32,000 nt of DNA. Origin: Aminobacter phage Erebus. Shown here in pieces: positions 24,602 through 32,000 of this stretch; within the stretch, counting starts at the first letter, position 1, and every line of letters starts with the position of its first letter. The position numbers were made by a program, and so were the translations under genes. Where the stretch lies: sequence record MN734436.1, one strand, 5' to 3'. The notes beneath the pieces are model-generated. The model had not been told where the DNA came from. It saw only the letters and a program-made list of their open reading frames with translations, and did no database searches.

Positions 24602-26284
24602 TTACCCATTCACGAGCTCTTTGTCAAACTCATAACTCAAGATTCTCGGATGACGCTGATTGACCCACACTCGAATTTTGTCGGGGACTCTCAAATTAGT
24701 TGCCCAACCCAGCGCGAAGTCGACAGTTGGCGGCGGATCGTTCGGATCACGCTCGCGCCACCATTGGTGCGCCTTGTGCTGGATCGGATTGCCGTCATGT
24801 TCAAGGCAGATGTATTCTGTGAACCTGCGCATGCCGCAAAAGTAGCTTACCTTAAGTGAAGGCAAGCCGCCCATCTTCTGATGTTTGGCATACGTGATCC
24901 GGTCGACGTTGAACAACTCGACTTGCGGTTCGTCTCGAGCGATCAGTGCGACGGTTGATGCCTTGCCTGAAATCTTCTCTTGGAAGGTAAACTCTTCCCC
25001 GCAATTTATACACATCTTAGCTGAGATGTGGTTCATGCATCCACAGGATGCGCAAACTTTGATCGGGATATCACCTGCCCCGGCGCCTCTCTTGCGCGGG
25101 ATGCGCGGGTCGTTGATCGGACCCAGCCGCATGGTGTTGCCGGCGAAGTCGAGCACAAGGCAGTTCTGCTTCGTGGATGCGGACATCGCTGCCAGGCGCC
25201 CCTCCACCGTGTTGAGGTCGTAACCGTCGGCGAAGAATGGGCGCGTGCCACGTCCCAAGATCTGAACATGCAACACGACCGAATTGGTCGGGCGAAGCAA
25301 GATGATGCAATCGAGAGCGGGGAAGTCGAATCCCTTCGTGAGGATGTCGGCATTGACCAGGACGCGAATTTGCCCCGCCTTGAACCGGGCGATGTTGTCG
25401 TCTCGTTCACCATCCGACATGGGATGCTTTTTCGAGTTCGAATGGATGCCGGCATTGCTGATTCCCATTTGATCGAGGATCGAGCAGATCATTTTGACAT
25501 GCTCAATGCCCGTCGCGAAGATCAACCAATGATGACGGTCAGCCGCGGCAACTGCAGCTTCGTTCAGCGCATCGCAAGTGAGGTCGTACCTGGCCACCGC
25601 CGCTTGTAACTGGTTCTTGACGAACTCGCCGCCCTGCTTCTTGACGCCCGACACGTCGAGCACGGTCTGGGTCGGCATGGGAATGAGGTACGAGAGGTAG
25701 CCTTCGTCCAGAAGTTTGTTGAACGCCTCAAGCCCGGTGATATCGTAGCAGACGTCAGTGAAGATGCCGCCATCGGTGATCATGCCGAGGCCCATTCGGT
25801 ATGGCGTGGCAGACAAGCCGATGACGCGCAGGAATGGATTGATCTTGCGAAGCTCAGCGATAAATTTTTTGTAGATGCCCTCTTCGTCGGGGCTGAGCAT
25901 GTGACATTCATCAATCACCAAGATGTCCTGGTGACCGAAGAGAGCGGGGCATTTCGCTGCCGACTGAATGCCGGCGAACGTGATCGGCATATGCGCCGTC
26001 TTCTCGTCAAGGCCTGCCGAGAAGATCCCGACTGGCGCTTGCGGCCAAAGGTCACGAAGCTTGTTTGCGTTCTGCTCGACCAACTCTTTCACGTCGACCA
26101 GCATCATGATCTTTTGACCCTGCCAACGGGTCATGACGCCTTTGCAGAACTTAGCAATAACCACTGCCTTGCCCGTACCTGTCGGCATGGCGATGACGGG
26201 GTTTTGCTCGGGCTTCGGATGCGCCGCAAAGTATGCGAAGATCGACGCATCCGCTTCCGTCTGGTAGTAGCGTTCCTGGAACAA
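24602..26284 (-). CDS. SF2 DEAD/DEAH-type helicase with C-terminal zinc ribbon
   Basis: '[10 protein letters not shown]', 'VIDECHM', 'GLSATPYR', '[10 protein letters not shown]', '[22 protein letters not shown]'. Confidence 0.92.
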   Translation of the reverse strand: MFQERYYQTEADASIFAYFAAHPKPEQNPVIAMPTGTGKAVVIAKFCKGVMTRWQGQKIMMLVDVKELVEQNANKLRDLWPQAPVGIFSAGLDEKTAHMPITFAGIQSAAKCPALFGHQDILVIDECHMLSPDEEGIYKKFIAELRKINPFLRVIGLSATPYRMGLGMITDGGIFTDVCYDITGLEAFNKLLDEGYLSYLIPMPTQTVLDVSGVKKQGGEFVKNQLQAAVARYDLTCDALNEAAVAAADRHHWLIFATGIEHVKMICSILDQMGISNAGIHSNSKKHPMSDGERDDNIARFKAGQIRVLVNADILTKGFDFPALDCIILLRPTNSVVLHVQILGRGTRPFFADGYDLNTVEGRLAAMSASTKQNCLVLDFAGNTMRLGPINDPRIPRKRGAGAGDIPIKVCASCGCMNHISAKMCINCGEEFTFQEKISGKASTVALIARDEPQVELFNVDRITYAKHQKMGGLPSLKVSYFCGMRRFTEYICLEHDGNPIQHKAHQWWRERDPNDPPPTVDFALGWATNLRVPDKIRVWVNQRHPRILSYEFDKELVNG

Positions 26285-26291
26285 GGGGGCC

Positions 26292-26507
26292 TCAGAGGGT
26301 GAAGTCGTTTACTACGTCGAGGTTGTCGGGGTGTTTTGGTAAATCTTCAAGCATCCCAATGATCACGAGAAGCTCTTCAGCGTCTTCAGTCTCGAGTTCA
26401 CACCGGGGGAGATCGCCATACGCCCCGGTGAGAAAATTAGCGATAAGTTCGCGTTGCTTGTCGCTAATGCGGATCTCATAATGCGGCTCGTCAAGGAAAG
26501 TTGTCAT
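26292..26507 (-). CDS. Small hypothetical protein
   Basis: 71-aa ORF with GAGGAACCCGA-ATG leader. Confidence 0.5.
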   Translation of the reverse strand: MTTFLDEPHYEIRISDKQRELIANFLTGAYGDLPRCELETEDAEELLVIIGMLEDLPKHPDNLDVVNDFTL

Positions 26508-26516
26508 TCGGGTTCC

Positions 26517-27521
26517 TCAGTCACTGATTGCTTTGTAGTTGTCGCATCCCGACAGTATCGCGTCACCTGGAATCAGCATGTTCCAATGCGCGCACTGCCA
26601 GCGACCATCGTCCACAGGTACGGCGTGCCGGCAGGATCGACAGTTGCGGTCCGGGGCCTCGCCGTAGTGACAGATCTTCGCGTACTCGCAGAATTTGCAC
26701 TCATGCCACGATGGGTGTTTGCCGATACGATTGGGCGCCGTAGCCATGGAAATGACGCGTTCAGCCTTGGCCAGGAGTACGGGGCCCGCTTCGGGATCGT
26801 AGGTCAGGACCTCGGTATAGAGGTCATCGTCGTTTTTGTTAACAGCCATGTAGAGCGCGTACTTGAGCCCGCGCTTATGCATGTAGATCTGCATCTGCGC
26901 CCAATGCACAGGCTTGGCTTCTTTAACTGCGCGCGCATTGACCAGCGCCTTAAACGACTTGTCGTTATGCGTCTTGAACTCGTTCAAGAACTCTTCGCCG
27001 GCGGGGATGCATTGCGGTTCGCGGGTCTCGGTGCGAATGGCATCCCAGACGTCAAAGTCCGCGTGGCTGATGCCGTCGAACGATCCGCCAAAATGCCCGC
27101 GCACGTCCGAGATGCGCCATTGCTTGACCTTGACGCCCTGCAACTCAGCCGCCTTGACGTGTTCTTCGCCCGACACTGAGACAAACGCGCCCATGCCGCC
27201 TGAGCGATCAGCATCCCAGTCAATCAACATGTACTCACCAGTCGCTTCGCTGCGCATGAGATCCTGAGCGTACTCCCAAACAATGACCCCGGCATCCCGA
27301 AGGTATTGAACGAAGCGAAATTCTTCCTTGTGGCCCCGGTCGAACAGTCGCAGCATGCGCGCATTGAAGTTCGGGCGGACAGCCCATCTGAAATTATAGA
27401 ACAGCTCGCGCTCGCAAGGCTTGCCAATCATCGAGCCGCCGAGGTGATTACGAAAGGGGTCTTCGGCAGCGGCTTTAGTCTTTATAGCGCCGTTGATGCG
27501 ATCGAGAATGGTGGCAACCAT
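26517..27521 (-). CDS. Cas4/RecB-like PD-(D/E)XK nuclease with Fe-S-like Cys cluster plus extra Cys domain
   Basis: 'GKPCERELFYNFRW', 'EFLNEFKTHNDKSF' (E-x-K), 'HWAQMQIYMH' (QxxxY), 'CKFCEYAKIC' (CX2CX5C). Confidence 0.8.
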   Translation of the reverse strand: MVATILDRINGAIKTKAAAEDPFRNHLGGSMIGKPCERELFYNFRWAVRPNFNARMLRLFDRGHKEEFRFVQYLRDAGVIVWEYAQDLMRSEATGEYMLIDWDADRSGGMGAFVSVSGEEHVKAAELQGVKVKQWRISDVRGHFGGSFDGISHADFDVWDAIRTETREPQCIPAGEEFLNEFKTHNDKSFKALVNARAVKEAKPVHWAQMQIYMHKRGLKYALYMAVNKNDDDLYTEVLTYDPEAGPVLLAKAERVISMATAPNRIGKHPSWHECKFCEYAKICHYGEAPDRNCRSCRHAVPVDDGRWQCAHWNMLIPGDAILSGCDNYKAISD

Positions 27522-27586
27522 GCGGGGTTCCTTTTGAGAGACGAAGGGCGCGAACCTGGATTGGCCGCGCCCCTGTGGAAGTGATT

Positions 27587-28108
27587 TTAGTTGAACGTGC
27601 CGGCGAAGGGATTCGCCATGGGTTCGTTCTCGCTGCGCTTGTGGATCGTCCAGATCACGAAGGCGGCGACCATCTTGGACAAGACCATGAGGACGAACGT
27701 GCCGACCGAGAAGGCGCTGATGCCGTATAGGAACACCACGGTGTCAATCGGGGTTGACAGTGCCGAGGACAGCAGAACGCGCTGATGGAACGGTTTCTTC
27801 GTGAAGGTGTAGAGGGCCCAGTCGGCGAGCTCGGAAGTCGCGAATGCTGCCACAGAGGCGAGGGCGACAAAGGGATCGGCGAGCAGGTAGGAAATCACGG
27901 CCGCGGCCATCATGGCAAACAGGACGTAATGACCTGAACTTCGCTGCGCATAGTCGCGCACAACGAAGACCGCGCCGGCGACCAGCGCCATGGGCGAGAG
28001 CAGCCCGAAGTCGGTTGGGATCAAGGGTACGTAGGAGAACCCAATATTCAGGATGACAACCGACGCCACGTAGAGCAACATAGCAGGAGCGAATAACTTA
28101 GCGAACAT
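27587..28108 (-). CDS. VUT family / YhhQ-like queuosine-precursor transporter
   Basis: Six-TM-like 173-aa protein; 'VRDYAQRSSGHYVLFAMMAAAVISYLLADPFVALASVAAFATSELADWALYTFTKKPFHQRVLLSSALSTPIDTVVFLYG' matches the VUT_1 signature (SELxDxxxY, SxPxDxxxF). Confidence 0.75.
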   Translation of the reverse strand: MFAKLFAPAMLLYVASVVILNIGFSYVPLIPTDFGLLSPMALVAGAVFVVRDYAQRSSGHYVLFAMMAAAVISYLLADPFVALASVAAFATSELADWALYTFTKKPFHQRVLLSSALSTPIDTVVFLYGISAFSVGTFVLMVLSKMVAAFVIWTIHKRSENEPMANPFAGTFN

Positions 28109-28154
28109 GAAACAAGTCCCTGTATCTGATTGAGGAAGGGGTTTCGAAAATGGT

Positions 28155-28195
28155 GGGGCGAGAGAGCGACGCTATACCCAGTTCCCTCTCGCCCC
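28155..28195 (-). terminator. Hairpin downstream of DUF669-like gene
   Basis: GGGGCGAGAG...CTCTCGCCCC, 10-bp perfect arms; weak T tail. Confidence 0.5.
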
Positions 28196-28219
28196 GTCAT
28201 CAGCTTGACGGGCTGATGA

Positions 28220-28894
28220 TTACGCTGCGGCTACTGCGCCGCCGGCGTTCTGGACCCACGGCGGGGCGGTGTTGCCAGCGGTCTGGGGCTGCTGCTGAAC
28301 CTGCTGGGTCTGAACGGGCTGGGTCTGCATCTGCTGAACCGGCTGCTGGACCTGCTGCTGTTGCACAGGCTGCTGAACTTGCTGGGTCTGCTGCTGGGCG
28401 GGCTGCTGCTGCTGCTGCTGGGTCTGCTGACCCTGAGCCCAAGTCGGCGCTGCCTGCGACTGCGCACCAGCGTTGCCGGCGAAGCCCGGATCGTTACCGT
28501 TGATATCCTTGTAGCCCTTGACTTCGTTGGTCATGGTGTCGGGGCGGTCATCGCGCGGCAGCTTCGCCACAACGGCAATGAACGGGGCGCCATGCAGCTG
28601 GGACGTATCCTGGATCTGCAGACGGCCGGTAACGTGACAGATTGCCGACAGGGTGGCGTAAGCGATGTCAACTGCAACCTGGTTCTGATTACGGATGTTG
28701 AGACGGTCGAAGACCTTGCGGCCCTGGAACTCGCCGGACTGGATGGTCATCTCAAGTTCGATGTAAGAGCCCGTGCCGGCTTTGGTGGGCTTTTCTTCCG
28801 ACCGGGTAATGATGACTGGGTACATGCCCGAAGGAACGGCCTCGAGAGCGACGTTCGGCTTAACGCCAGCAGCGTTGAAATTAAGTTGTACCAT
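28220..28894 (-). CDS. DUF669-like protein (putative ssDNA-binding) with Gln-rich tail
   Basis: 'VPSGMYPVIITRSEEKPTKAGTGSYIELEMTIQSGEFQGRKVFDRLNI' typical of DUF669; C-terminal Q/P-rich tail. Confidence 0.8.
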   Translation of the reverse strand: MVQLNFNAAGVKPNVALEAVPSGMYPVIITRSEEKPTKAGTGSYIELEMTIQSGEFQGRKVFDRLNIRNQNQVAVDIAYATLSAICHVTGRLQIQDTSQLHGAPFIAVVAKLPRDDRPDTMTNEVKGYKDINGNDPGFAGNAGAQSQAAPTWAQGQQTQQQQQQPAQQQTQQVQQPVQQQQVQQPVQQMQTQPVQTQQVQQQPQTAGNTAPPWVQNAGGAVAAA

Positions 28895-28983
28895 CTAGTG
28901 GTTTCCTTGAGTTGGGTTTCAGTTCACAGTGCACAGTTGGGCTAAGGCGTACTCGCTTCCAACTGAGGTGATATTGCGCCGAG

Positions 28984-29673
28984 TTATTGTTGCGGCGCAA
29001 GTGTTATTTTATTGATTATCTTACCTAAATGGGGTTCTTCGATAGGATCGAGTAGACCAGAACGATCCTTTGCCTGATTAAGAAAATCAGGTTGAGTACG
29101 GAGCAGACGATAGCTATTCGCACCCGTCCCTTCGATGTCCATTTTGAAGACCTCGTCTGGCAGGTATGGAACGGCCTGCCCGAGCTTGTTACCCGGCATC
29201 ATGGGTTGGTTGATCATGACGCCGGTCGTCTCGTCTTTGATACGCTCTTGCTTTGCGCTCATGTAGACGTGATATCCCGGAAGATCCCGGAATTCTTTGA
29301 TGCACTTGACCATGGCTTCGATCATGTCGCCATAGGCCATGCGACCATCTTTGTTCTTGCTTCGAGCGTCAGCTAGAACGACCTCGGCTATCTCGGATAC
29401 GGAATCGAGACAGATCGTCTGGAAGTTTTGTCGCGCTTCGTTGGACGACTTCAACCACGCAAACACCTCTCGCAGCTCGGCGAGCGTGTTGATTTGGATG
29501 AACGGAAGGTTGTGTCGAGCAAGAGCCAGGAGGCCTGATTCTGCCGACAGGATGATTGGGTGAGGGCAAGTCGCGCAGAGGGTTGTCTTACCCATACCCG
29601 CGAGCCCGTAAACGACGATCTTGACGCCCATTTTGGACCCGTAGCCTTGAGTTGAAGCAATCCTGTGGAACAT
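28984..29673 (-). CDS. Sak4-like RecA-fold ATPase (phage recombination)
   Basis: 'KIVVYGLAGMGKTTL' Walker A, 'TICLDSVSEIAE' Walker B; adjacent to the DUF669-like gene. ATG at 29673. Confidence 0.8.
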   Translation of the reverse strand: MFHRIASTQGYGSKMGVKIVVYGLAGMGKTTLCATCPHPIILSAESGLLALARHNLPFIQINTLAELREVFAWLKSSNEARQNFQTICLDSVSEIAEVVLADARSKNKDGRMAYGDMIEAMVKCIKEFRDLPGYHVYMSAKQERIKDETTGVMINQPMMPGNKLGQAVPYLPDEVFKMDIEGTGANSYRLLRTQPDFLNQAKDRSGLLDPIEEPHLGKIINKITLAPQQ

Positions 29674-29766
29674 GGTCTGTTCTCGATTTGGGTGGGAGGG
29701 ACGAAAAAGGATTAAGGCGAACTGTTTCGCAACAATTCGCCTCAAAATCAACTACAGTTTGGGGAT

Positions 29767-30033
29767 CTATCGAACGGCGCGCAGGTTCTCGCGGACTGTA
29801 GAGCCCTTGCGCATCATCTTACCAAGCACGGAATACTCATATTCCACGCCCTCAAGATGCTCCCATTTGACATTCGGGATAGTCGTGCCGTTGTCATAAT
29901 GGCGCAGGCCGATAAACCCGCTGCTCCACTTGGCATAGAGGACCCCCTCTCGAACGTAGACTTCTGTCTGCTTGAACACCCCTTTCGCGTTCAAGATGGC
30001 AATAGCATCGGGGATGATGGTGAAGAGTGACAT
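29767..30033 (-). CDS. Hypothetical protein
   Basis: M-SLFTIIPDAIAILNAKGVFKQ start at 30033. Confidence 0.5.
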   Translation of the reverse strand: MSLFTIIPDAIAILNAKGVFKQTEVYVREGVLYAKWSSGFIGLRHYDNGTTIPNVKWEHLEGVEYEYSVLGKMMRKGSTVRENLRAVR

Positions 30034-30065
30034 GTCAGTTAATCTTTCTTTTGACGATTTTAGTA

Positions 30066-30284
30066 TCACGTGTGATCCTCGATCCCAGCTTCCGTTAGGT
30101 CTTTGCGGGCCGCATTCCAACCTCGATCAAAAGAATCATAAACGGGGTCAACTTCGTAAGGGAGGCACCGGGGCCAGGTCTTCTTGTAATACCCGAGCGC
30201 CCCAAGATAACCTCGCGCGAAGTTGCGCATGGCTTCACGTCGATATCGGCGTTGCGCGCGCCAGCGTTTGAACCAGCTAAACAT
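30066..30284 (-). CDS. Hypothetical basic protein
   Basis: 72-aa ORF whose start overlaps the upstream stop. Confidence 0.45.
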   Translation of the reverse strand: MFSWFKRWRAQRRYRREAMRNFARGYLGALGYYKKTWPRCLPYEVDPVYDSFDRGWNAARKDLTEAGIEDHT

Positions 30285-30426
30285 CGTGCTTCACCTTCTT
30301 CTTAGCTTCGCTCAGGTCGAGCTTGTAACTCATTGTGCCGTCGGCGCGGAACGTGACAGCATCGATCTTGACACCTTCGTAGATGCCAGGTGGCAGGGGC
30401 TTGGGCTTCTTTTTCTTCTTCGCCAT
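30277..30426 (-). CDS. Small 49-aa Lys-rich protein
   Basis: Hand translation MAKKKKKPKPLPPGIYEGVKIDAVTFRADGTMSYKLDLSEAKKKVKHDV; overlaps both neighbours. Absent from the track. Confidence 0.55.
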   Translation of the reverse strand: MAKKKKKPKPLPPGIYEGVKIDAVTFRADGTMSYKLDLSEAKKKVKHDV

Positions 30427-30827
30427 CACCAGCGTACCTTGTTTGCGGGCTTCAACTCGAGCCCGGGCGATCCTGGGGTCTCGGTGATGAATGCGCCGAA
30501 GTGCTTCTTTTCCTCGTCCGACAGCTTCTTCCAGCCGCCGGCCTTGACTTCGGGGCGATAGGAGATGACTGCTTCGAGCAGGTGGACCGGGATGAAGCCG
30601 CGTGATTCCTCCATCACGGCTTTGTCGATCTTGTAGTTCATGCGGTAGTCGCCAATCAGCGCCATGCCGTGAGCGATTTTGACCTTGTTTGTGCCGACGA
30701 CCGGGTTAATGAACATGCCGTTAAAGATCTGCTTGCGCAGTTCCATTTCCTTAGCCGTCCAATGGTTAGCGTTTTGGACCGCGGCGTGCCATTCGGTCAA
30801 AAGCCTGTCGAGTTCGGTGTTGTCCAT
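30426..30827 (-). CDS. Conserved phage hypothetical protein
   Basis: M-DNTELDRLLTEWHAAVQNANHW... with GAGGAACCCAACC-ATG leader. Confidence 0.6.
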   Translation of the reverse strand: MDNTELDRLLTEWHAAVQNANHWTAKEMELRKQIFNGMFINPVVGTNKVKIAHGMALIGDYRMNYKIDKAVMEESRGFIPVHLLEAVISYRPEVKAGGWKKLSDEEKKHFGAFITETPGSPGLELKPANKVRW

Positions 30828-30951
30828 GGTTGGGTTCCTCATGTGATTAATGCGTCAATTCGCATTGACAATCTATGTCGGGCGGGGCTACGTGTCAACT
30901 TAACGATTTCAAAAAAGTCGTGTAATGAATCCCCTTGGAAGGCACCTCGGC

Positions 30952-32000
30952 ATGAATTTTGAAAACATCCCGGCGGAGTTGAAACAACTTCGCCAATGGC
31001 TCGTCTGGCGGCCTCGAGATCTAGGTGCTAGAAAGAACGTCAAAGTCCCCTACCAAACGCGCAATGTCTGGCACACAGCCAGCGTCAACAAACCCGAAAC
31101 GTGGTCGACCTTTGATGAAGCGGCTGCTGCTGTCCGCGCCAATCCGGGCCTTGGGTTGGGGTTCGTCTTCACAACCAGCGACAATTACGTCGGCGTTGAT
31201 ATTGACGACGAAGCAAAGGTAGACCCGCGTAATCTCGAGAATTTCCGCGCCTTGCGCGCCGCCCTGCTCGATGGTGACAGTTACACGGAGCTCTCGCCCT
31301 CACGCAACGGCGCGCACATCATTATCAAGGGTGTGCTGCCCCGGCGAGGGTATCGCCCGCACGGCATCAACGTCGAGTTGTATGGCTCAGGCCGATTCTT
31401 CACGATGACCGGCGACGTAATTAACGACCGCTTCGTCATCAACGATGGTCAGCAGCTCATTGACGGGTTCATGGCGAAGTTCCCTGCCCCGGACGAAGAC
31501 GACGAAGACCCGGTGTTCCTCGGCCATTCGGAGATCAATGGGCGCCGCCTCGACATGACCGACGATGAGGTGCTTTCGCTGGCGTGGAAGATCCCAGGAT
31601 TCGGCGACCGATATAGCGGCATCAACATCAGCGATTGGTCAGTCGAGCATTACAAGCTGGTTGGCGATCTCGACAAGATATCAGGCCTCCCGGATCAGGT
31701 TGTGCGATTGGTGCACAATTCACCCTTTGTGCTTGCAGCGCCATCCAAGGGTGGTGTGACGCGCCTGGCCAAGTCCCGTCGCATCATCATGGACGACCTC
31801 GCCTCGGTGCGCGGATCACAAGAAAGCTTCCGACACAGCATTGCCATGATTGAGCAGGGGCGGGCGATCTGGAAAGGCATCGAGCAGACCCGTGAAGAGC
31901 ACGCGCGCAAACGAGCAGAGGCGATCTTGGCCGAGGCCGAGATCGCATTCTCCAAAACGGGCATCCAACTGCTAAAGGCATTCCCGTTGCCTCCACAGTG
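30952..32000 (+). CDS. Primase-polymerase-like replication protein (AEP/NrS-1-like N-terminus), incomplete at right edge
   Basis: Hand translation MNFENIPAELKQLRQWLVWRPRDLGARKNVKVPYQTRNVWHTASVNKPETWSTFDEAAAAVRANPGLGLGFVFTTSDNYVGVDIDDE...SYTELSPSRNGAHIIIKGVLP...VELYGSGRFFTMTGDVI...; GGAAGG 9 nt upstream. No stop before 32000. Confidence 0.8.
   Translation, partial: MNFENIPAELKQLRQWLVWRPRDLGARKNVKVPYQTRNVWHTASVNKPETWSTFDEAAAAVRANPGLGLGFVFTTSDNYVGVDIDDEAKVDPRNLENFRALRAALLDGDSYTELSPSRNGAHIIIKGVLPRRGYRPHGINVELYGSGRFFTMTGDVINDRFVINDGQQLIDGFMAKFPAPDEDDEDPVFLGHSEINGRRLDMTDDEVLSLAWKIPGFGDRYSGINISDWSVEHYKLVGDLDKISGLPDQVVRLVHNSPFVLAAPSKGGVTRLAKSRRIIMDDLASVRGSQESFRHSIAMIEQGRAIWKGIEQTREEHARKRAEAILAEAEIAFSKTGIQLLKAFPLPPQ

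Noticed and set aside
26454-27179. 241-aa plus-strand ORF
   Set aside because: Antisense to the Cas4/RecB-like nuclease gene.
27546-27572. GC hairpin GGGCGCG...CGCGCCC as terminator
   Set aside because: Only 7 bp and no T tract on either strand; cannot be separated from GC-rich background.
1-32000. tRNA genes, integrase or transposase
   Set aside because: None of the supported ORFs shows integrase or transposase motifs. No cloverleaf was evident by eye, although a tRNAscan run would be needed to exclude tRNAs firmly.

Overview
The window looks like part of a GC-rich, myovirus-like phage genome. It has three transcription blocks. (1) A plus-strand structural and lysis block (about 1-8440): baseplate hub, Gp138-like spike, gp25/gp46-like, baseplate J, DUF2612-like and tail-fibre-like proteins, then a lysis cassette with a VanY-like endolysin, a candidate holin and overlapping spanins. 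(2) A long minus-strand block (about 8514-30840): family B DNA polymerase, beta-clamp-like protein, SF2 helicase, Cas4/RecB-like nuclease, Sak4-like ATPase, DUF669-like protein, RNase H and DUF932/DUF2786-like proteins. (3) A plus-strand prim-pol-like gene that runs off the right edge (30952 to beyond 32000) and is missing from the supplied ORF track. The most interesting content is a 7-deazaguanine DNA-modification system on the minus strand. It is a tightly coupled operon queE / WYL-like 84-aa ORF / queC / queD / nucleoside-deoxyribosyltransferase-like gene / folE, followed by a small HTH gene and a DpdA-like transglycosylase. A VUT/YhhQ-like (queuosine-precursor transporter family) membrane protein lies about 10 kb away. 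QueC lacks its canonical four-cysteine zinc site and QueD has lost two of its three canonical zinc histidines. Other structure not explained by the gene calls: a family of near-identical phage promoters (TTGYCT/TTGCGT-N17-GATAAM preceded by TGC), a recurrent AAGGAACCCC translation leader, a shared C-terminal module in three proteins, a shared Cys domain between the nuclease and a stand-alone small protein, several sub-60-aa coding genes, and an imperfect 19-bp hairpin. All family calls come from motif recognition by eye; no database search was run.
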